Origin: Curvularia clavata
Lineage: Eukaryota
Assembly: GCA_023920165.1 (NCBI GenBank)
Contig: CP089274.1
Span: 5,332,001-5,396,000, forward strand
Reading direction: 5' to 3'
DNA: 64,000 nt
In this document: in pieces, positions 40,743-53,644 of the stretch
Layout: each line of letters begins with the position of its first letter
How positions within the stretch are numbered: the stretch's first letter is position 1
Program-made: the position numbers and the translations under genes
The notes under the pieces: model-generated
The model's database searches: none
What the model was told of the DNA's origin: nothing
What the model saw: the letters and a program-made list of their open reading frames with translations, nothing else

Positions 40743-41200
40743 TCACCTTGCGTTTCATGGATGATGCCTGTTTGAGCGGTTGTGTTGACCCTGTGCGGTT
40801 CTCCTATGATGGGCGATTCAGCTGATACCCGGTGTTTTGGTTAGTTTGGCTTGGTGTCTGGCGACCTTCTGTATGCATTATGAGCGGCGTTCGAGGCGTG
40901 TTTTGTCCAAAAGTTCCAAGATATGGAGCACATTAGATATCAATGGACTGTTTGTGTAAACCGAAATGGGTTCCTCGAACTTGGTGCGCCTTTGCTGCCA
41001 TCGCAATGGCGCCTCAACTGCCCCTGGTCCTCACGTGAAATCATGGAAATGATACGTGGTGGGCTGATTGGCGCCTACAGCGTCTGTCAGATGATGGTGG
41101 GTGGGCGGTGGTTGTGTAAGGGATGGCCATGAGAGTGACGTTAGACTAGACAAAAAGCAAAACGCACTGTTGCCGCTTTTGCCCCACTCATGCACCCATG

Positions 41201-41212
41201 TTCGCGACGCGA
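41201..41212. promoter_or_regulatory. Tandem MCB-like CGCG elements upstream of PSF1
   Basis: TTCGCGACGCGA about 250 nt upstream of a replication gene. Confidence 0.35.
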
Positions 41213-41459
41213 TCGTGCCTTGCCCTTCTGCCAATGAGGGGTCAAGCGACCATTCACCACCCAAGCGTTGGTCTTTTCCTATATGCATGCCGCGATAGTA
41301 CCTCGGGCTTCGCTACGACAATACCAGAAGGCCACATAGCTCTGCATCTGTTCGATTGACACTCTTTACGAAAATATTCCCAAAGAATACCGTGTTGGCC
41401 GTGACTTGTGCTGAAGACGCTTCTCAACCTATTCCGATCACACATCACATAACTCAGCC

Positions 41460-42258
41460 ATGTACGGCGAAGCAGCAAACAAGCTGGTAACAATACCTTC
41501 CGTCATCTATAGGTTGTCCAGATCTAAGAGAAAGCCAGGTCCAAAACGCAAAGCGCACTCTCGCCCTGCCTCACCTCCCACCCTACGCCTCGGAACTCAC
41601 GCGCTCTATTGTGCGCGAAGTTCGCGACCTCGACAAGGATGTCTCCTCAATTCTCGCTCCCTACAGCGGCTCGTTCAATCCCAGTGCCTCACCCGAAACC
41701 GCTTGCGCCCTCCTCGTCAACCACCTTTGTATGCGTCGCAATAAGCGATGCTTGTTGGCATACCATCGAGTCCGGAGCGACAAACTAGAAGAGTATTGCT
41801 GGGAAGGGATTGACGTACTCGAACAACAGGGTAGCAAGGACCACACCGCAGAAGCTGGAAGGGGAGGCGCCTTGGGCGCTGGTGGTGGAAGAGAGGAAAG
41901 CAGCCTGAGCCCTGAAGAGGAGGAATACGTAAGACAATACAGCGACCTCCTCGCAGCATACAAGGGTCAATGGACCGATATAGACCTGACGGGTAGTCTG
42001 GAACCGCCACGCGATCTCTTCATCGACGTCCGTGTGCTCAAGGATGCGGGCGAGATCCAAACCGAGTACGGGTAGGTATACTATCCTCCCTTCAAGATCA
42101 TCGGCATGCCAAAGTACCGCAAGAATAAGATCCAATAAGCTAACTCAATCATAAAACACAATAGATCTATAACCCTGACTAAGAACTCACAGTTCTTCGT
42201 TCGCCAAGGGGACGTCGAGCGCTTGATAGCCCAGGGATACCTCCAACGGCTAAGCTAA
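41460..42258 (+). CDS. PSF1: GINS complex subunit Psf1, 3 exons
   Basis: MYGEAANKL, MRRNKRCLLAYHRVR, DLTGSLEPPRDLFIDVRVLKDAGEIQTEYG and FVRQGDVERLIAQGYL. Confidence 0.95.
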
Positions 42259-43374
42259 ACGAAAAACACATCCAATCCCTTCCATCAGCTCCTCGAATCT
42301 CAGCTCCTATAATGATTTGAGAGAACACACTCCTCGCTTCCCTTCAAAAGAGAAACAGACTATGATAAAATCCACCAATCACGTACCAGCAATAGTCCAT
42401 CCCGTTGAACCCTTCCCGAACCACAACCAGCTGTCTGCGCATGGGCACAACGGCTAGATTAAGCCTCTCCCACGCGACTTAAACCATGCCTACCCGTCTT
42501 TCCCCTCATTTTCGACCGGATTCTGAGGCAGCCAAGGACCCATGCCCCACTCGCTGCATTTAAAATAAACTGCTTAGCAAAGGGATGTCCACATTCTGAC
42601 TAAGTGTGGGGAAGGAGAGGGGGCTATCACAGCCTGGGGCTACGCGCACATTCCGCAGCACGCTGACCAACAGCCAATGTGGTCAATATAGCCATCGTCA
42701 GCACGGATCATTTAGTACCTGCTTCCTTGCGTCTCGCTTCACTTCCTCGTGGTACTTGCCCCTGCATCCTGGTTCCTGTGGGGATTTCCTACAACACAGA
42801 TCGACATGTGAGAACGGCTGGATGCAGCTCTTACTTGCAAAGCTAGGGCCACTTGACGCGCATGGACAATGGGTGTGCCTGCGTCGCTATGACGAGGATG
42901 GCGTCCGGGTAGGCACGTATTCGATTGGTCTGTCATAGAATGCTACATCGCACTGCTAGGTGGTATCAAGGGCCATAGGTCATGTGAAAAGCATTTCGGA
43001 TTCTCGAAATGTGTTGTGGTCATGTGTAGGCAGAGAGGCAAAAGGGAATTCAGCGGGCGAGTATTGTTAAGACACATGGGTTATTATGGTTTTATTTTGC
43101 ATGTGAGCGCACGCACTTGCTGCAGGCCTATCCAGATGTCGGCGATGATATTGAGACCATATGGGTCTGTACGAGCCAGCCTCTGTTGAGTCGAAGAAAG
43201 CTCTGAACCCGAACCCGGACAGAGAACTCTGTGTCGGCTCGTGTAAATCATCGAAAAAACCATAGAAGTAGGCTAATTTACACTTACATTTTGAGACTTC
43301 TCCATGCCGCTTATTAAACCTGATTTTGATGCACTGAGGATCCCTTCCGTCGAGACTTCCCACTCCACTTCCTG

Positions 43375-43630
43375 ACCATACAATTTCCATCCCCACACCA
43401 TATGGATCCTCATGCAATTTCCCCCTTCATTCAATCTCCATCTCCATGCAATCTCCGTCTCCATGCAATTTCCATTTCCATGCAATTTCCATTTCCATTC
43501 CCATTCCATATCCGCTCCCCCTTGATATCCATCACTGTGAAATTTCCCGCTCCATATCCATCCTCATGCAATTTTCATTCCTACTCCATATCCGTTCCCA
43601 TTCCATACCATGACCATGCAATATCCATCC
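43375..43630. repeat. Degenerate low-complexity tandem repeat (CCATGCAATTT / TTTCCA units)
   Basis: Multiple CATGCAAT[TC]T copies interleaved with TTCCAT/TCCCAT hexamers. Confidence 0.7.
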
Positions 43631-43743
43631 TCACTAGCATACCACTTGCTGCAATGCAGCAACTTGATGCCAGTGGATAACAGAGAAAAGAAAGAAGAAA
43701 AAGAAGAATGGCAGATGTATGGAACTTACCAGATTCAAGTGGA

Positions 43744-46700
43744 TCAGGTAACGCTGTAGCGGCCAGTCGGGCCACGGGTCGCAGATGCTGCCTCATCTGC
43801 TTTGATGCCCTCGCGCAAAAGGCGGGTAAGTTCCATCATTGCCTGTGTAACAACGTTCTCAGTATCTCCTTCAACGAGAATGTAAAGCTTGCCTTCCTCC
43901 TCCGGATCTCCACTGGGCACCCAGCCAGGCGGTTTCCAACTGCCCTTGGTCGTGATAGACACGCCAGTCTGCTCCAGAATTCGGGATACATTAGATCTAT
44001 TAGTGACAGCCCATCGAGCCTTTTGGGGGAAATCGTTCACTTCGATTGTTGAGTGATAGAGACCGGCATCGGGTCCCTTGTTATCGATTGGTTGACCTGC
44101 ATGAATCATACCCTTCTTACTGAGCCTACCGTCGACCCTGGAGGCAGCGGCCATTGCCTTTTCTCTTGCGGTCATTGGTTTGGCTGGTGCAGCAGCTTCA
44201 GGGCGCTCAGTCTTGTTGACAACAATCTTGCTATTCAGCAGCTTCATCCAGGGGGGCTGTTCTTCGGCGTCACCAATAGGTGCAGCTCTGTCAACAGCAG
44301 AGCCAGCAACCTCGACTTTCTTGGCAGTCGGTACAATGTCTTCCTCGTCGTCACTGTTCTCGACACCTTCCAACTTAAGCTGACGCTTCTCGCGCATCTT
44401 CTCGAGTGCACGAGCTGCATCAAGCCTATCGAGACCCTTACCACCAAAGCCGCTATAGTACTTTGCAGTGCCTGCCTTGACCTGCGCGTGGAAGGCATCT
44501 GCCATTTCTTGAAGCTTTGCGGGAACTTCTGCTCCACTCTCCTTGAGTGCCTTGACAATATGGATGGCGAACCTCTCTTGGCCAGGGTTTTCAATCAGTG
44601 TGATCGCAGTACCCTTGTTACCTGCACGTCCGGTACGACCGCAACGATGAACGTAGTCTTCCAAGTGAGTTGGGCAATCGAAATTCAATACCAATGCTAA
44701 TCCGGGGACATCGAGACCACGTGCAGCGACGGACGTGGCAATGAGAATCGAAAGAACACCTTGCTTGAAGTCATTGATCGCCTCATTACGATCGGTTTGA
44801 TCTTTAGCTCCGTGAATCGTGTTGACTGAGAAGTACTTGGCCTTGTAGAGTTTGGATAATAGATCTTCGGCAGTTTCCTGCCGCTCAGTGAAGATCAATA
44901 CCTGGGCGTTCTCATCCTCAGAGAAGAGTTGACCGAGGTGCAAGAGTAACTGATTGAGCTTCTTCTCATAATTATTGGGAACGATAGAGATAACCTGGGT
45001 AATATCAGGGGCTACTTTGGATCTGCCACCGATGGTCACTTCGGCAGGATTGTTCAAGGCTTTGCGAGCCAATGAGACGATATTCTTTGGCATCGTTGCA
45101 GAGAACAGCACGGTCTGACGATCTGGGCGCACATTTTGCAGAATCTTCATCACCTGTGGTTCAAATCCCATGTCGAACATGCGGTCAGCTTCATCAAGAA
45201 CGACGTACGTAATGCGTCGGAAGGAGAGGACACGTCCTTGGTTTGCAGTCATCAAGTCAATCAGGCGGCCAGCTGTAGCACATAGGATGTGGATGCCGCC
45301 ACGCTTAATCATCGCAATCTGATCGGAGATAGGCTGGCCACCATATGCGCATTTGATGGTAATACCGGAAGCGGAGAGGAAGGGCTTGAGCTCATTCACA
45401 ATCTGTAATGACAACTCTCGAGTCGGGGCAAGAATTAGTCCGATAGGACCATCAGATGGTTTCAGTGGGCGCTGATCCAGAATATGACGAATCATAGGAA
45501 TACCGAACGCAAGTGTCTTTCCAGAGCCGGTCTTAGCGACTCCGATGAGGTCGCGTCCGGAAAGAGAAATGGGGGCAGCCTGGGCCTGGATGGACGTAGG
45601 CTTCTGGTAGCCCACACGTGTAAAGACGTCCATAGTTGCTTGCAGGAGACCCATTTGCGCCCATTTGGTGACAGGACGGGGCACATCATCTGGCTTCACT
45701 TTGATGCCGTCAAGCTCATGACGGAGGTCGGCTACTTCTTCTGGCGTCATCTGAGATATTTCGAGTGGCTCAGTGTAAAATGATTTACGGAAGGGCTCGT
45801 ACTCAATTTTGGAATGGTCCACAGTCGCTATTTCCTTTTTCTTTTTCTTCGCTGCGCGAAGTTCGAGCAGGTCTTGCGCTTCAACAGAAGTCTCGAGAGG
45901 CTCAAGCTCGTCGGCGAACATGGCCTGGCCGGAAGGTGCACCGCGGCTGGGTTGCGGATCGGTTAGACCGGCCATGAAGGCATCGAGTGGATCGATTTCG
46001 TCTTCTTCGGCGCCTGCATTTTCGTCAACGTCCATTTGGTCGGCGGCGGGGACTTGGACGGCAGGTGCTTCCTCCATAACGGCGTCTTGATCATTTTCCT
46101 TAGCAATATCCGCGCGGCGCTTCTCGAGGCGAGCCTGGAGCTCAGCGTTGTTCTCGTCGTCACTCATAACAGCATCGTCATCATCAGCGCCGTCAACGTC
46201 AGGATGAGGTTCGTCATTGGCACTATACTCAGGAAGCGCTTGAAGCTTGCGCTTGCGAGTTGGGCCTTCCTCATCGAGAAAAGCTTTCCTCGAAGTTTCA
46301 GCCTCTGTTTCCGCAGCAGTCTTAGCTTTGAGACCGAATGAGCCAATGTTATTAGCCTTGGCTGCAAGTTGGTCTGTATATGTAAGCTTTTGCTTCGATG
46401 AAAGGGGTATGGCCATTGACTTACTGCTGGCGGTGGTGACTGTTGTGCCGGCTGGCTTAGCCATGTCCAAGGGGCGGGCTGCAGCAGAAGCGTCCAGCTT
46501 GAAGGTTGACTTCTCGGGCTGCTTCTGTTTGAGTTTCTCAGTGACACTCTTTTGCAGGACTTTGGTCTTAGCCGTGTCAGGTTTGACTTCGCCGACTGAA
46601 GCTGGAGGAGGCGTCACCGCTGCAGCGGAAGGTGTTCCAGGTGCAGTACCGGCTGGTGAGGCACCCGAGCCAGGCGTTGCCGTCTTCTCTTTGGCAAGGC

Positions 46701-47163
46701 GGTCAGCATTGAGCTTCTTCCATTCAGCCAGCTTTGCGGATCTATCCTTGGCTTGTGTCTCAGGATCTTTCTTCTTGTCATCGCGCAGGGGGGGATCTAG
46801 TCGGTCTCGCTTGCTGTTGTTGTCTGGTGCAGGTGTGGCGGACGCGCGGGAGCCAGGTCGGCGCGAGAGGGAGCGGCGACGCCTTTCTTTACCATCGTCA
46901 CGGTCCCGTCTGCTGTAGCGGTCTCCACGGTCTCGTGATCTCTCACGGCGGCGAGGGGGAGATCGCGAGCGGCGATAGTATGCCTCACGGTCGCGGTCGC
47001 GGTCACGACGGTCTCGGCGGTCTCGATCATCTCGGAAGCGGTCTCCACCGTAGCGGTCTCCTCGGCGGTCTCTGTCTCTGTCTCTGGATCTGTCGCGCCG
47101 CGGGCTGTATCGGCGACGATCTCGGTCGTCGTACCTTGAGGAATCAGCGTGGCGCGTCGCCAT
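43744..47163 (-). CDS. PRP5: DEAD-box RNA helicase Prp5/DDX46 (probable in-frame intron 46374-46424)
   Basis: RS/RD-rich N-terminus, DPLDAFM, AKTGSGKT, DEADRMFDMGFEPQ, SAT, HRCGRTGRAG and C-terminal INDFPQKARW-like motif. Confidence 0.95.
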   Translation of the reverse strand: MATRHADSSRYDDRDRRRYSPRRDRSRDRDRDRRGDRYGGDRFRDDRDRRDRRDRDRDREAYYRRSRSPPRRRERSRDRGDRYSRRDRDDGKERRRRSLSRRPGSRASATPAPDNNSKRDRLDPPLRDDKKKDPETQAKDRSAKLAEWKKLNADRLAKEKTATPGSGASPAGTAPGTPSAAAVTPPPASVGEVKPDTAKTKVLQKSVTEKLKQKQPEKSTFKLDASAAARPLDMAKPAGTTVTTASSKSMAIPLSSKQKLTYTDQLAAKANNIGSFGLKAKTAAETEAETSRKAFLDEEGPTRKRKLQALPEYSANDEPHPDVDGADDDDAVMSDDENNAELQARLEKRRADIAKENDQDAVMEEAPAVQVPAADQMDVDENAGAEEDEIDPLDAFMAGLTDPQPSRGAPSGQAMFADELEPLETSVEAQDLLELRAAKKKKKEIATVDHSKIEYEPFRKSFYTEPLEISQMTPEEVADLRHELDGIKVKPDDVPRPVTKWAQMGLLQATMDVFTRVGYQKPTSIQAQAAPISLSGRDLIGVAKTGSGKTLAFGIPMIRHILDQRPLKPSDGPIGLILAPTRELSLQIVNELKPFLSASGITIKCAYGGQPISDQIAMIKRGGIHILCATAGRLIDLMTANQGRVLSFRRITYVVLDEADRMFDMGFEPQVMKILQNVRPDRQTVLFSATMPKNIVSLARKALNNPAEVTIGGRSKVAPDITQVISIVPNNYEKKLNQLLLHLGQLFSEDENAQVLIFTERQETAEDLLSKLYKAKYFSVNTIHGAKDQTDRNEAINDFKQGVLSILIATSVAARGLDVPGLALVLNFDCPTHLEDYVHRCGRTGRAGNKGTAITLIENPGQERFAIHIVKALKESGAEVPAKLQEMADAFHAQVKAGTAKYYSGFGGKGLDRLDAARALEKMREKRQLKLEGVENSDDEEDIVPTAKKVEVAGSAVDRAAPIGDAEEQPPWMKLLNSKIVVNKTERPEAAAPAKPMTAREKAMAAASRVDGRLSKKGMIHAGQPIDNKGPDAGLYHSTIEVNDFPQKARWAVTNRSNVSRILEQTGVSITTKGSWKPPGWVPSGDPEEEGKLYILVEGDTENVVTQAMMELTRLLREGIKADEAASATRGPTGRYSVT

Positions 47164-47454
47164 CTTTGAGTCGGTGTTTTACTGTGTAGATTGACGCAAT
47201 TCCAGCAGCAGCAGGTGGTAGCGTCGGTGTGGTTGAGTGGGTAGGGTGGGGTGAAAGTGAGTTGGCTGCAAGCAAGCAAGCAAGCAACTAGTAGTCCGTA
47301 TGTAAAGTTAAGTAGGGCCCGAGCGTCCATGTGCTTGGCCTTCGGGGTCCGTGCGTCACGCTAAAGCCGAAATCTTGGGGCGCTAGGAATAATTTTTGGA
47401 AGGTTGCGACATTCAACGCCAAACGGAAAGCAAACGACAGCAAACGCCGGCAAA

Positions 47455-49815
47455 ATGTCTGTGAATCCGCGCAAGAGAAAGGTTGTCACGCGTCCGGCGC
47501 CTGAGCCAAGCGATTCAGAAGACGAATTAGGAGACGGGCTGCTCGAGGGCATCTTGTCGCATTCCGAAGACGACTCGGACGACAGCCAAGACGAAGATGT
47601 CGAGACTGACGCCAGTAGTGTAATCGAAGGACTTTCCGACGAAGACGCAGAAGACGAGGAAGAGGAAGAGGAAGACAGCGACGAAGAGCAAATTCGTGAG
47701 GAAATGCGCAACCTCAATACCTCTGACGGGCCTCTGCGAAAGAAGAAGGGAACATCGACCCATGAAATGGACCTCGATGCTGACGCAAATGAGGAGCTAG
47801 ACGATGACGAAAACCTCAAACCCAACTACACAGTGACCACAGACGCACACGGAAACACTCGTTACTTATACAAGGAGATTGACCCAATCTACGAGTCGGA
47901 CGATTCTGATGTCGAAGCCACAAACACAATCGGAAATATCGATCTAAAGTATTATGACGAATACCCGCACATCGGCTATGACATCAATGGCAAGAAGATC
48001 ATGCGCCCGGCTAAGGGAGAGGCGTTGGATGCGCTGTTGGACAGCATCGATATACCAAAGGGCTGGACAGGTCTGACAGACCCGGAGACAGGAAAGCCGC
48101 TCAACTTGTCCAATGAGGAGCTGGATGTGCTCAAGAGGCTTACAAGGAATGAGGTTGTAGAGGACGGCTACGACCCATATCCGGAGATGGTGGCCTACTT
48201 CTCTGGCAAACAGGAAATCATGCCACTGAGCGCTGCTCCGGAGCCCAAGCGACGATTTGTTCCTTCCAAACACGAAGCGAAGCGAGTAATGAAGCTTGTT
48301 AAAGCCATCAAAGAGGGACGCATTCAGCCCTACAAACCGCCACAAGAACAGGAAGAAGAGCAGGATGAGTTCAACTTTGATGTATGGGCAGATGAGAAGC
48401 CCAGGCCAGACAACACAATGCATATTCCTGCTCCTAAGCTGCCACCGCCAGGCTACGAAGCAAGCTACCACCCACCACCCGAGTATCTACCCGACAAGAA
48501 TGAGGAGAAGGCATGGCTGGAGGCAGACGAAGAGGACAGGGAGAGGGAGTTCCTGCCCAAGAACTACGATGCGTTACGCAAGGTTCCCGGCTACGAAACC
48601 TTTGTCAAGGAACGATTTGAGCGAAGCCTGGACCTTTATCTTGCTCCTCGTATACGAAGAAACCGACTCAACATCGATCCCGAATCACTTTTGCCCAAGC
48701 TGCCGAACCCTGAGGAGCTGAAGCCTTTCCCGACAACCTGTGCTGCGATTTTCCGCGGGCAGGAAGGACGCGTGCGCTGCGTTTCAATTGATCCAAACGG
48801 CATCTTTGTTGCGAGCGGAGGCGATGACGGCTACGTGAGAATCTGGGAGGTCTTGACTGGACGACAAGTCTGGAATGCTAAGCTTTCGAACGAGGAAGCG
48901 GTGGATGCTGTGCAGTGGAGACCCACCAAGGACGCTTCTGTTGTTGCTGCCGCGTGCGGTGAGAGCGTCTTCTTGATTGTACCGTTCTCTCTTCTTTCTC
49001 CCGACGTTGAACAAGCCAGCCGCGAGGTTCTCGACGCAGGTTGGGGTTATGCAGCGACCAAGGGCGCGACTACGCCCAAGGGAGAAGATGCGCCAAAACA
49101 GCCGCCAGGTAAATGGAGCCGTCCAGGCGCTCGCCTAGAGAACAAGGGCGTACTTGTACAAGTCGAAGTTCGCTCCGCAATCAAGGTTTTGAACTGGCAC
49201 CGCAAAGGTGACTACTTTGCCACTGTATCGCCACGAGGCCAGAGCACTGCCATCGCCATCCACACTGTATCCAAGCACCTAACCCAGCTGCCCTTCCGCC
49301 GCCTCAAGGGTATAGCACAAACAGCACAGTTCCACCCTTCCAAAGCTATCTTCTTCGTCGCCACGCGCAACACAATCCGCAGCTATGACCTCGCCAAGCA
49401 AGAACTTGTCAAGATCCTGCAACCAGGTGCGAAGTGGATCTCAGCCATTGACGTGCACCCTGGCGGTGACAACCTCATCGTCAGCAGTTACGACAAGCGT
49501 GTTCTCTGGATGGATATGGATCTCTCTAACAAGCCTTACAAGACTATGCGTTTCCACAAGGAGGCTGTGCGATCAGTCAAGTTCCACCACGGCGGACTGC
49601 CGTTGTTCGCCGATACGTCCGACGACGGCACTATTCAGGTTTTCCACGGCAAGGTTGTGGGCGATTTGATGGAGAACGCAACCATTGTGCCGCTCAAGGT
49701 GCTCAAGGGTCACAAGGTCAAGAGCAGGCTTGGTGTCATGGCGCTGGATTGGCATCCTAAGGAGCCGTGGTGTGTTTCTGCGGGTGCGGATGGCACGTTG
49801 AGATTGTGGTGCTAG
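47455..49815 (+). CDS. ERB1: Ribosome biogenesis protein Erb1/BOP1 (WD40)
   Basis: [36 protein letters not shown] and [11 protein letters not shown] motifs; WD40 C-terminus. Confidence 0.96.
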   Translation: MSVNPRKRKVVTRPAPEPSDSEDELGDGLLEGILSHSEDDSDDSQDEDVETDASSVIEGLSDEDAEDEEEEEEDSDEEQIREEMRNLNTSDGPLRKKKGTSTHEMDLDADANEELDDDENLKPNYTVTTDAHGNTRYLYKEIDPIYESDDSDVEATNTIGNIDLKYYDEYPHIGYDINGKKIMRPAKGEALDALLDSIDIPKGWTGLTDPETGKPLNLSNEELDVLKRLTRNEVVEDGYDPYPEMVAYFSGKQEIMPLSAAPEPKRRFVPSKHEAKRVMKLVKAIKEGRIQPYKPPQEQEEEQDEFNFDVWADEKPRPDNTMHIPAPKLPPPGYEASYHPPPEYLPDKNEEKAWLEADEEDREREFLPKNYDALRKVPGYETFVKERFERSLDLYLAPRIRRNRLNIDPESLLPKLPNPEELKPFPTTCAAIFRGQEGRVRCVSIDPNGIFVASGGDDGYVRIWEVLTGRQVWNAKLSNEEAVDAVQWRPTKDASVVAAACGESVFLIVPFSLLSPDVEQASREVLDAGWGYAATKGATTPKGEDAPKQPPGKWSRPGARLENKGVLVQVEVRSAIKVLNWHRKGDYFATVSPRGQSTAIAIHTVSKHLTQLPFRRLKGIAQTAQFHPSKAIFFVATRNTIRSYDLAKQELVKILQPGAKWISAIDVHPGGDNLIVSSYDKRVLWMDMDLSNKPYKTMRFHKEAVRSVKFHHGGLPLFADTSDDGTIQVFHGKVVGDLMENATIVPLKVLKGHKVKSRLGVMALDWHPKEPWCVSAGADGTLRLWC

Positions 49816-50063
49816 AGATGGTCGCAACCTAGATTTGTATCCGTCTCTATCTTTGGCGAAATGTTGATCTATCTAGCATTATGCAAGGCGTTCTTTTCTT
49901 TTACTTTCTGACTCTGAGAGAGATAAACAAAAATGGAGCACAAATAAGACTTCGAGTCAATCTTTTCTTCTGTTTTGCAATGAATGAATAAAGGTTCTTT
50001 GCTTCTATAGCATTGGTCCCTAGCTTTTTGAAATCGCCTTCTGTGTGCTCAATCCAATCCCGT

Positions 50064-52145
50064 CTACAACTTCCTGCTTCTGACCAAGCCGGTCTTGATA
50101 CCTGTAAGTTCACCGCCATAGCTTGCGCTTCCCTTGGCCGCAGCACTCTTATCAAACACTTGCTTCATGCTCTTAAGCTTCTTTTGCTTCTCTTTGTACT
50201 TTTCCTTCTTCTTCACCCTAGGATTCCTTACGCTCTTCTTGCGGTGAGGTGTCAATCCCTGTATATGTTGTTAGTATCTGCATTCTACAATGGCGTATAT
50301 GGATATAGTCCATAAGAAGACTATGAGGAAAGAACGTACCTTATTCTTTTGGATCTGGTAGGAGATTTGACGACGGCCATCTTCGCCGATGATTTCTTCC
50401 TCAATGACTTGAGCACCTTGTTGTTTGGCGAGAGCGTAGGCCTCTGCGCGCTCCAGTTTCGATTGCTTTTTATCGTTTGAGCGAGCAGCAACCATGTCGT
50501 AGTAACCGTCTTCGTCTTCGAAATCATCGTGTTTGTTATTTGGGGCTTCGTCGGCGGATGAAGCACCGTCATCGTCGCCTAGTGCAACTCCTGGGCCAGC
50601 ATCCTTCTGCTGACCACGCTTCTCGGCTTCAGCCTGGAGACGCGCTTGTCGATCCTTGAGACGCTCGCGGTGAGGTATATCCGCATCACCACCATAGTCC
50701 TTACCAGCAGCATCACGCTTGTTGGCCTTCTGAGCGATCTGCGAAGTGTAGAAGCGGAGCGATCGCTTCTTCTTGGCCTTCTCAGCGGCCTCATGGGCAG
50801 TGAGAGCCGTCTCCTCGCCAAAGTCTGAATCATCTGCGTTGAGAAGGTTGAGCTTGGGCTGCGCGACCTTCTTCTTTCGCGCTGCTTTCTTGAGTGCGGC
50901 CTTGTCTGTAAGCGTATCGAGCGACGCGAGGTCCTGCTCTGCCTTGGCCAGTTTTGCAGCACGTCGTGCCGCCGCCTCAGCTTGCGCCATCTCAGCCGCT
51001 CTTTGCGCTTTGGTCTTCTTTTGCTTTGTAGGTTTCTTAACAGCCAGATCCTCTTCGTCAATCTCTGCAACGCTTGACTCGTCCTCCGAAGCGTCGTCAC
51101 CATCTTCGGTTTCAACCATAGGGTCAGCGATCGGCAGGCTCTCTATCCGTGTCCACATCTTCTGGCACTTGAGCAAGCTTTCCATGACGGGGTGCTCATG
51201 CAGCTCAACAGGGTCTAATGCAATGGCTGGCGATGCATCGTCTGTGGCAGTAGAACCAAGAACAGCAAAGTACATGGCCATTGCAGCAAGATACGCCGCG
51301 CATGCTCGATACTTTGTAATGACCATGGGTGTAGGAACTGGCCTGTTCTTCTTTGCGGTCTGCGCCTTCAGGACTCTCTCGGCAGCGTTGGCAGCAGCAG
51401 CCAATTCCTCGTGTAAGGGCTGTAGTCGCAAGTATTCCTTGGAAATGTGCTCAAACTCTGGGTATCGTGTCCGCATAATCTTCATCTTCTCCTCTTCAGA
51501 CATTGCGTCTGTGATTTGAAGCTGGGGTAAAACTTCAGTGACCACAGCGCCGCCCTCAGTGTCCTTTGCGCCATCCTGTCCTTGCCACTCGTCTTCATCA
51601 AAACCAAAGTCAGCTTCCGTCATGCTCTGCAGCTGCTTCTTTTGTATGCGCCGTGCCTCTGCTTCTTCGTCCAAAGCATCCTGCTCGGTTTCGATGGCAT
51701 CGGCATCGTAGTAGTCCTTTTTCGAAGCGCCCCATCCTCCGAGCTCCTCCTCTTCCTCATCCGCTGGCTTGCGCTGTCCGGAAATTTCGTCTTCTTCGCC
51801 ATCGCTCGCATCCTCGTCATAATCGTCTTCGTCTTCGTCTTCATCATCGTCGCTTCCGGCATCGAGAATTTCTTCGTCTGACGGCTGTAGAAACTTATCT
51901 GAACACAAAGTCAGCCATTATCCACATACAATGCCATGAATACTCAGCTGACCTTCTTCTTGATATCTGCGCAGCTTCTTTGCGGCAGGTCCCTCGTCCA
52001 GCAGCACCTTGTCGCGGTTCATGTGAAACTCGTCCTCAGAATCGGCTACGTCTTCGAAGGTATTAATCCTCATTCGTGAGTCCTCTTCTTTTGGCGCCTT
52101 GAATGCGCCAGATGCACCACCACCGGCCTTTCTCTTCTTGGCCAT
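50064..52145 (-). CDS. SAS10: SSU processome protein Sas10/Utp3, 3 exons
   Basis: Acidic N-terminus, GGWGASKKDYY, and C-terminal RQISYQIQKNKGLTPHRKKSVRNPRVKKK...YGGELTGIK. Confidence 0.92.
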
Positions 52146-52494
52146 GATTGCGCTGTTTTGCTGTGTCGTGGTAGAATCTCCAGTCGCCGTCGTCGCCGTT
52201 CTCTGTCGCGCGCCCAACTTTTTTTCCGAGCAAAGTCTTGGCTTCGCCGCGGGCACGCCCCACACCCTTACGTGACCAGGGGTCCCTGCCGTGAACAGCC
52301 GGCCCACTCAGGGCAAGCGCATCTGCAAGGACCCACGTCTCGCTCCGAACTTCTTGTCGACAATTACCTTACATACACCACACGGGAGTGTTGCCGGACG
52401 GAATGTTTACTGAGCGGTAGAGTAATCACAGTCAGACGCAACGTGCCCTTGCTGCTTGGATTTTCCAAGACAATCACATCTGCCCTTTCCCCTA

Positions 52495-53644
52495 ATGCTC
52501 CAATTTCTCCTTGGAGCCGCCCTCGTACTGGTAATAGGACTGGTGAGCTTTGGCATGATGGGGGCTTCCTTCTCTATGAGCAACAAGTTTCCGGTCGACG
52601 GCAAGGTAAGGCTGCTTGTATTTGATTACTACGCATGGTACTTACCTTCCATAGACCGTCCTCCTTACCGGCTCCTCACAGGGCATGGGCAGTGAGGTGG
52701 CCTGTCTTCTCTCTGCTCGCGGGGCAAACCTCATACTGGTTGCGCGTACGGCAAAGAACCTCGAAACCGTTGTCGAACGCGCCAGGTCCTGTGCAAAGAA
52801 CCCTTCCACGCAGCGCTTCACGTATATCGCAGCGGACGTAACTTCCGAGTCTGAGAATGCACGAATCCTCAAAGAAGCAACGGCCTGGAACAATGGTCGC
52901 ATGCCTGAGGTCGTATGGTGCATTGCCGGATCCTCGGTACCCGGCCTTTTTATCGAGACAAGCACCGATACATTGCGGAAGCAGATGGAGCTGAACTACT
53001 TCGCAACAGCATACATGGCCCAAAAGGCACTACAGGCCTGGTTGTATCCCGAAGTCCCGTATACTCCACAGGAAAAAGGCGCTCCTCCAGAGACGCCCCG
53101 CAAGTTCATCATGACATCGTCCGCGCTTGCTTTCGTAAACATCGCAGGCTACTCACCCTACTCCCCAGCAAAGGCTGCTCTCCGTAACCTTGCAGATGGG
53201 CTCCGCTCAGAAATTCAAATATACAACGCAGCACGTCATTCCAATGCCAACACGGGTGTCACGCCCGCACCATTCGACGTCAACATCCACATTGTGTTCC
53301 CAGGCAGCATCCTATCTCCAGGTTTTGAAAACGAGAACAAGACCAAACACCCCGTTTGCTTTGAGTTGGAGGCTACCGACCCCAAGCAGACAGAACTCCA
53401 AGCTGCGACTAGTTGCATCAAAGGTCTAGAAAGCGGACATTTCATGACACCTACGAATTACCTAGTACACCTGATACGCTGGGGTAGCTTGTCTGGCAGT
53501 CAGAGGAACAATTGGTTAGTTGATACGATAGGGGCATTTATTGTGGCAATTGCCTGGTTGTTCATAGCACCAGATATGAACAGAACAGTTTTGGGCTGGG
53601 GAAAGAAGAACGGTATGCCAGCATTTAGGCCAAATGCTCAGTAG
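52495..53644 (+). CDS. TSC10: 3-ketodihydrosphingosine reductase (SDR), intron about 52606-52654
   Basis: TGSSQGMG, GANLILVAR, GYSPYSPAKAALR (YxxxK) and SPGFENENKTK motifs; N-terminal TM segment. Confidence 0.85.

Noticed and set aside
43375..43630. CRISPR-like array or repeat-protein gene
   Set aside because: Eukaryotic context, irregular degenerate units, no unique spacers; the overlapping ORFs are by-products of low complexity
44053..51519. Long antisense ORFs overlapping PRP5, ERB1 and SAS10
   Set aside because: Shadow ORFs explained by the codon bias of the real genes on the opposite strand
26799..53644. Sphingolipid gene cluster (ceramidase plus TSC10)
   Set aside because: About 25 kb apart with unrelated genes between them; probably coincidence
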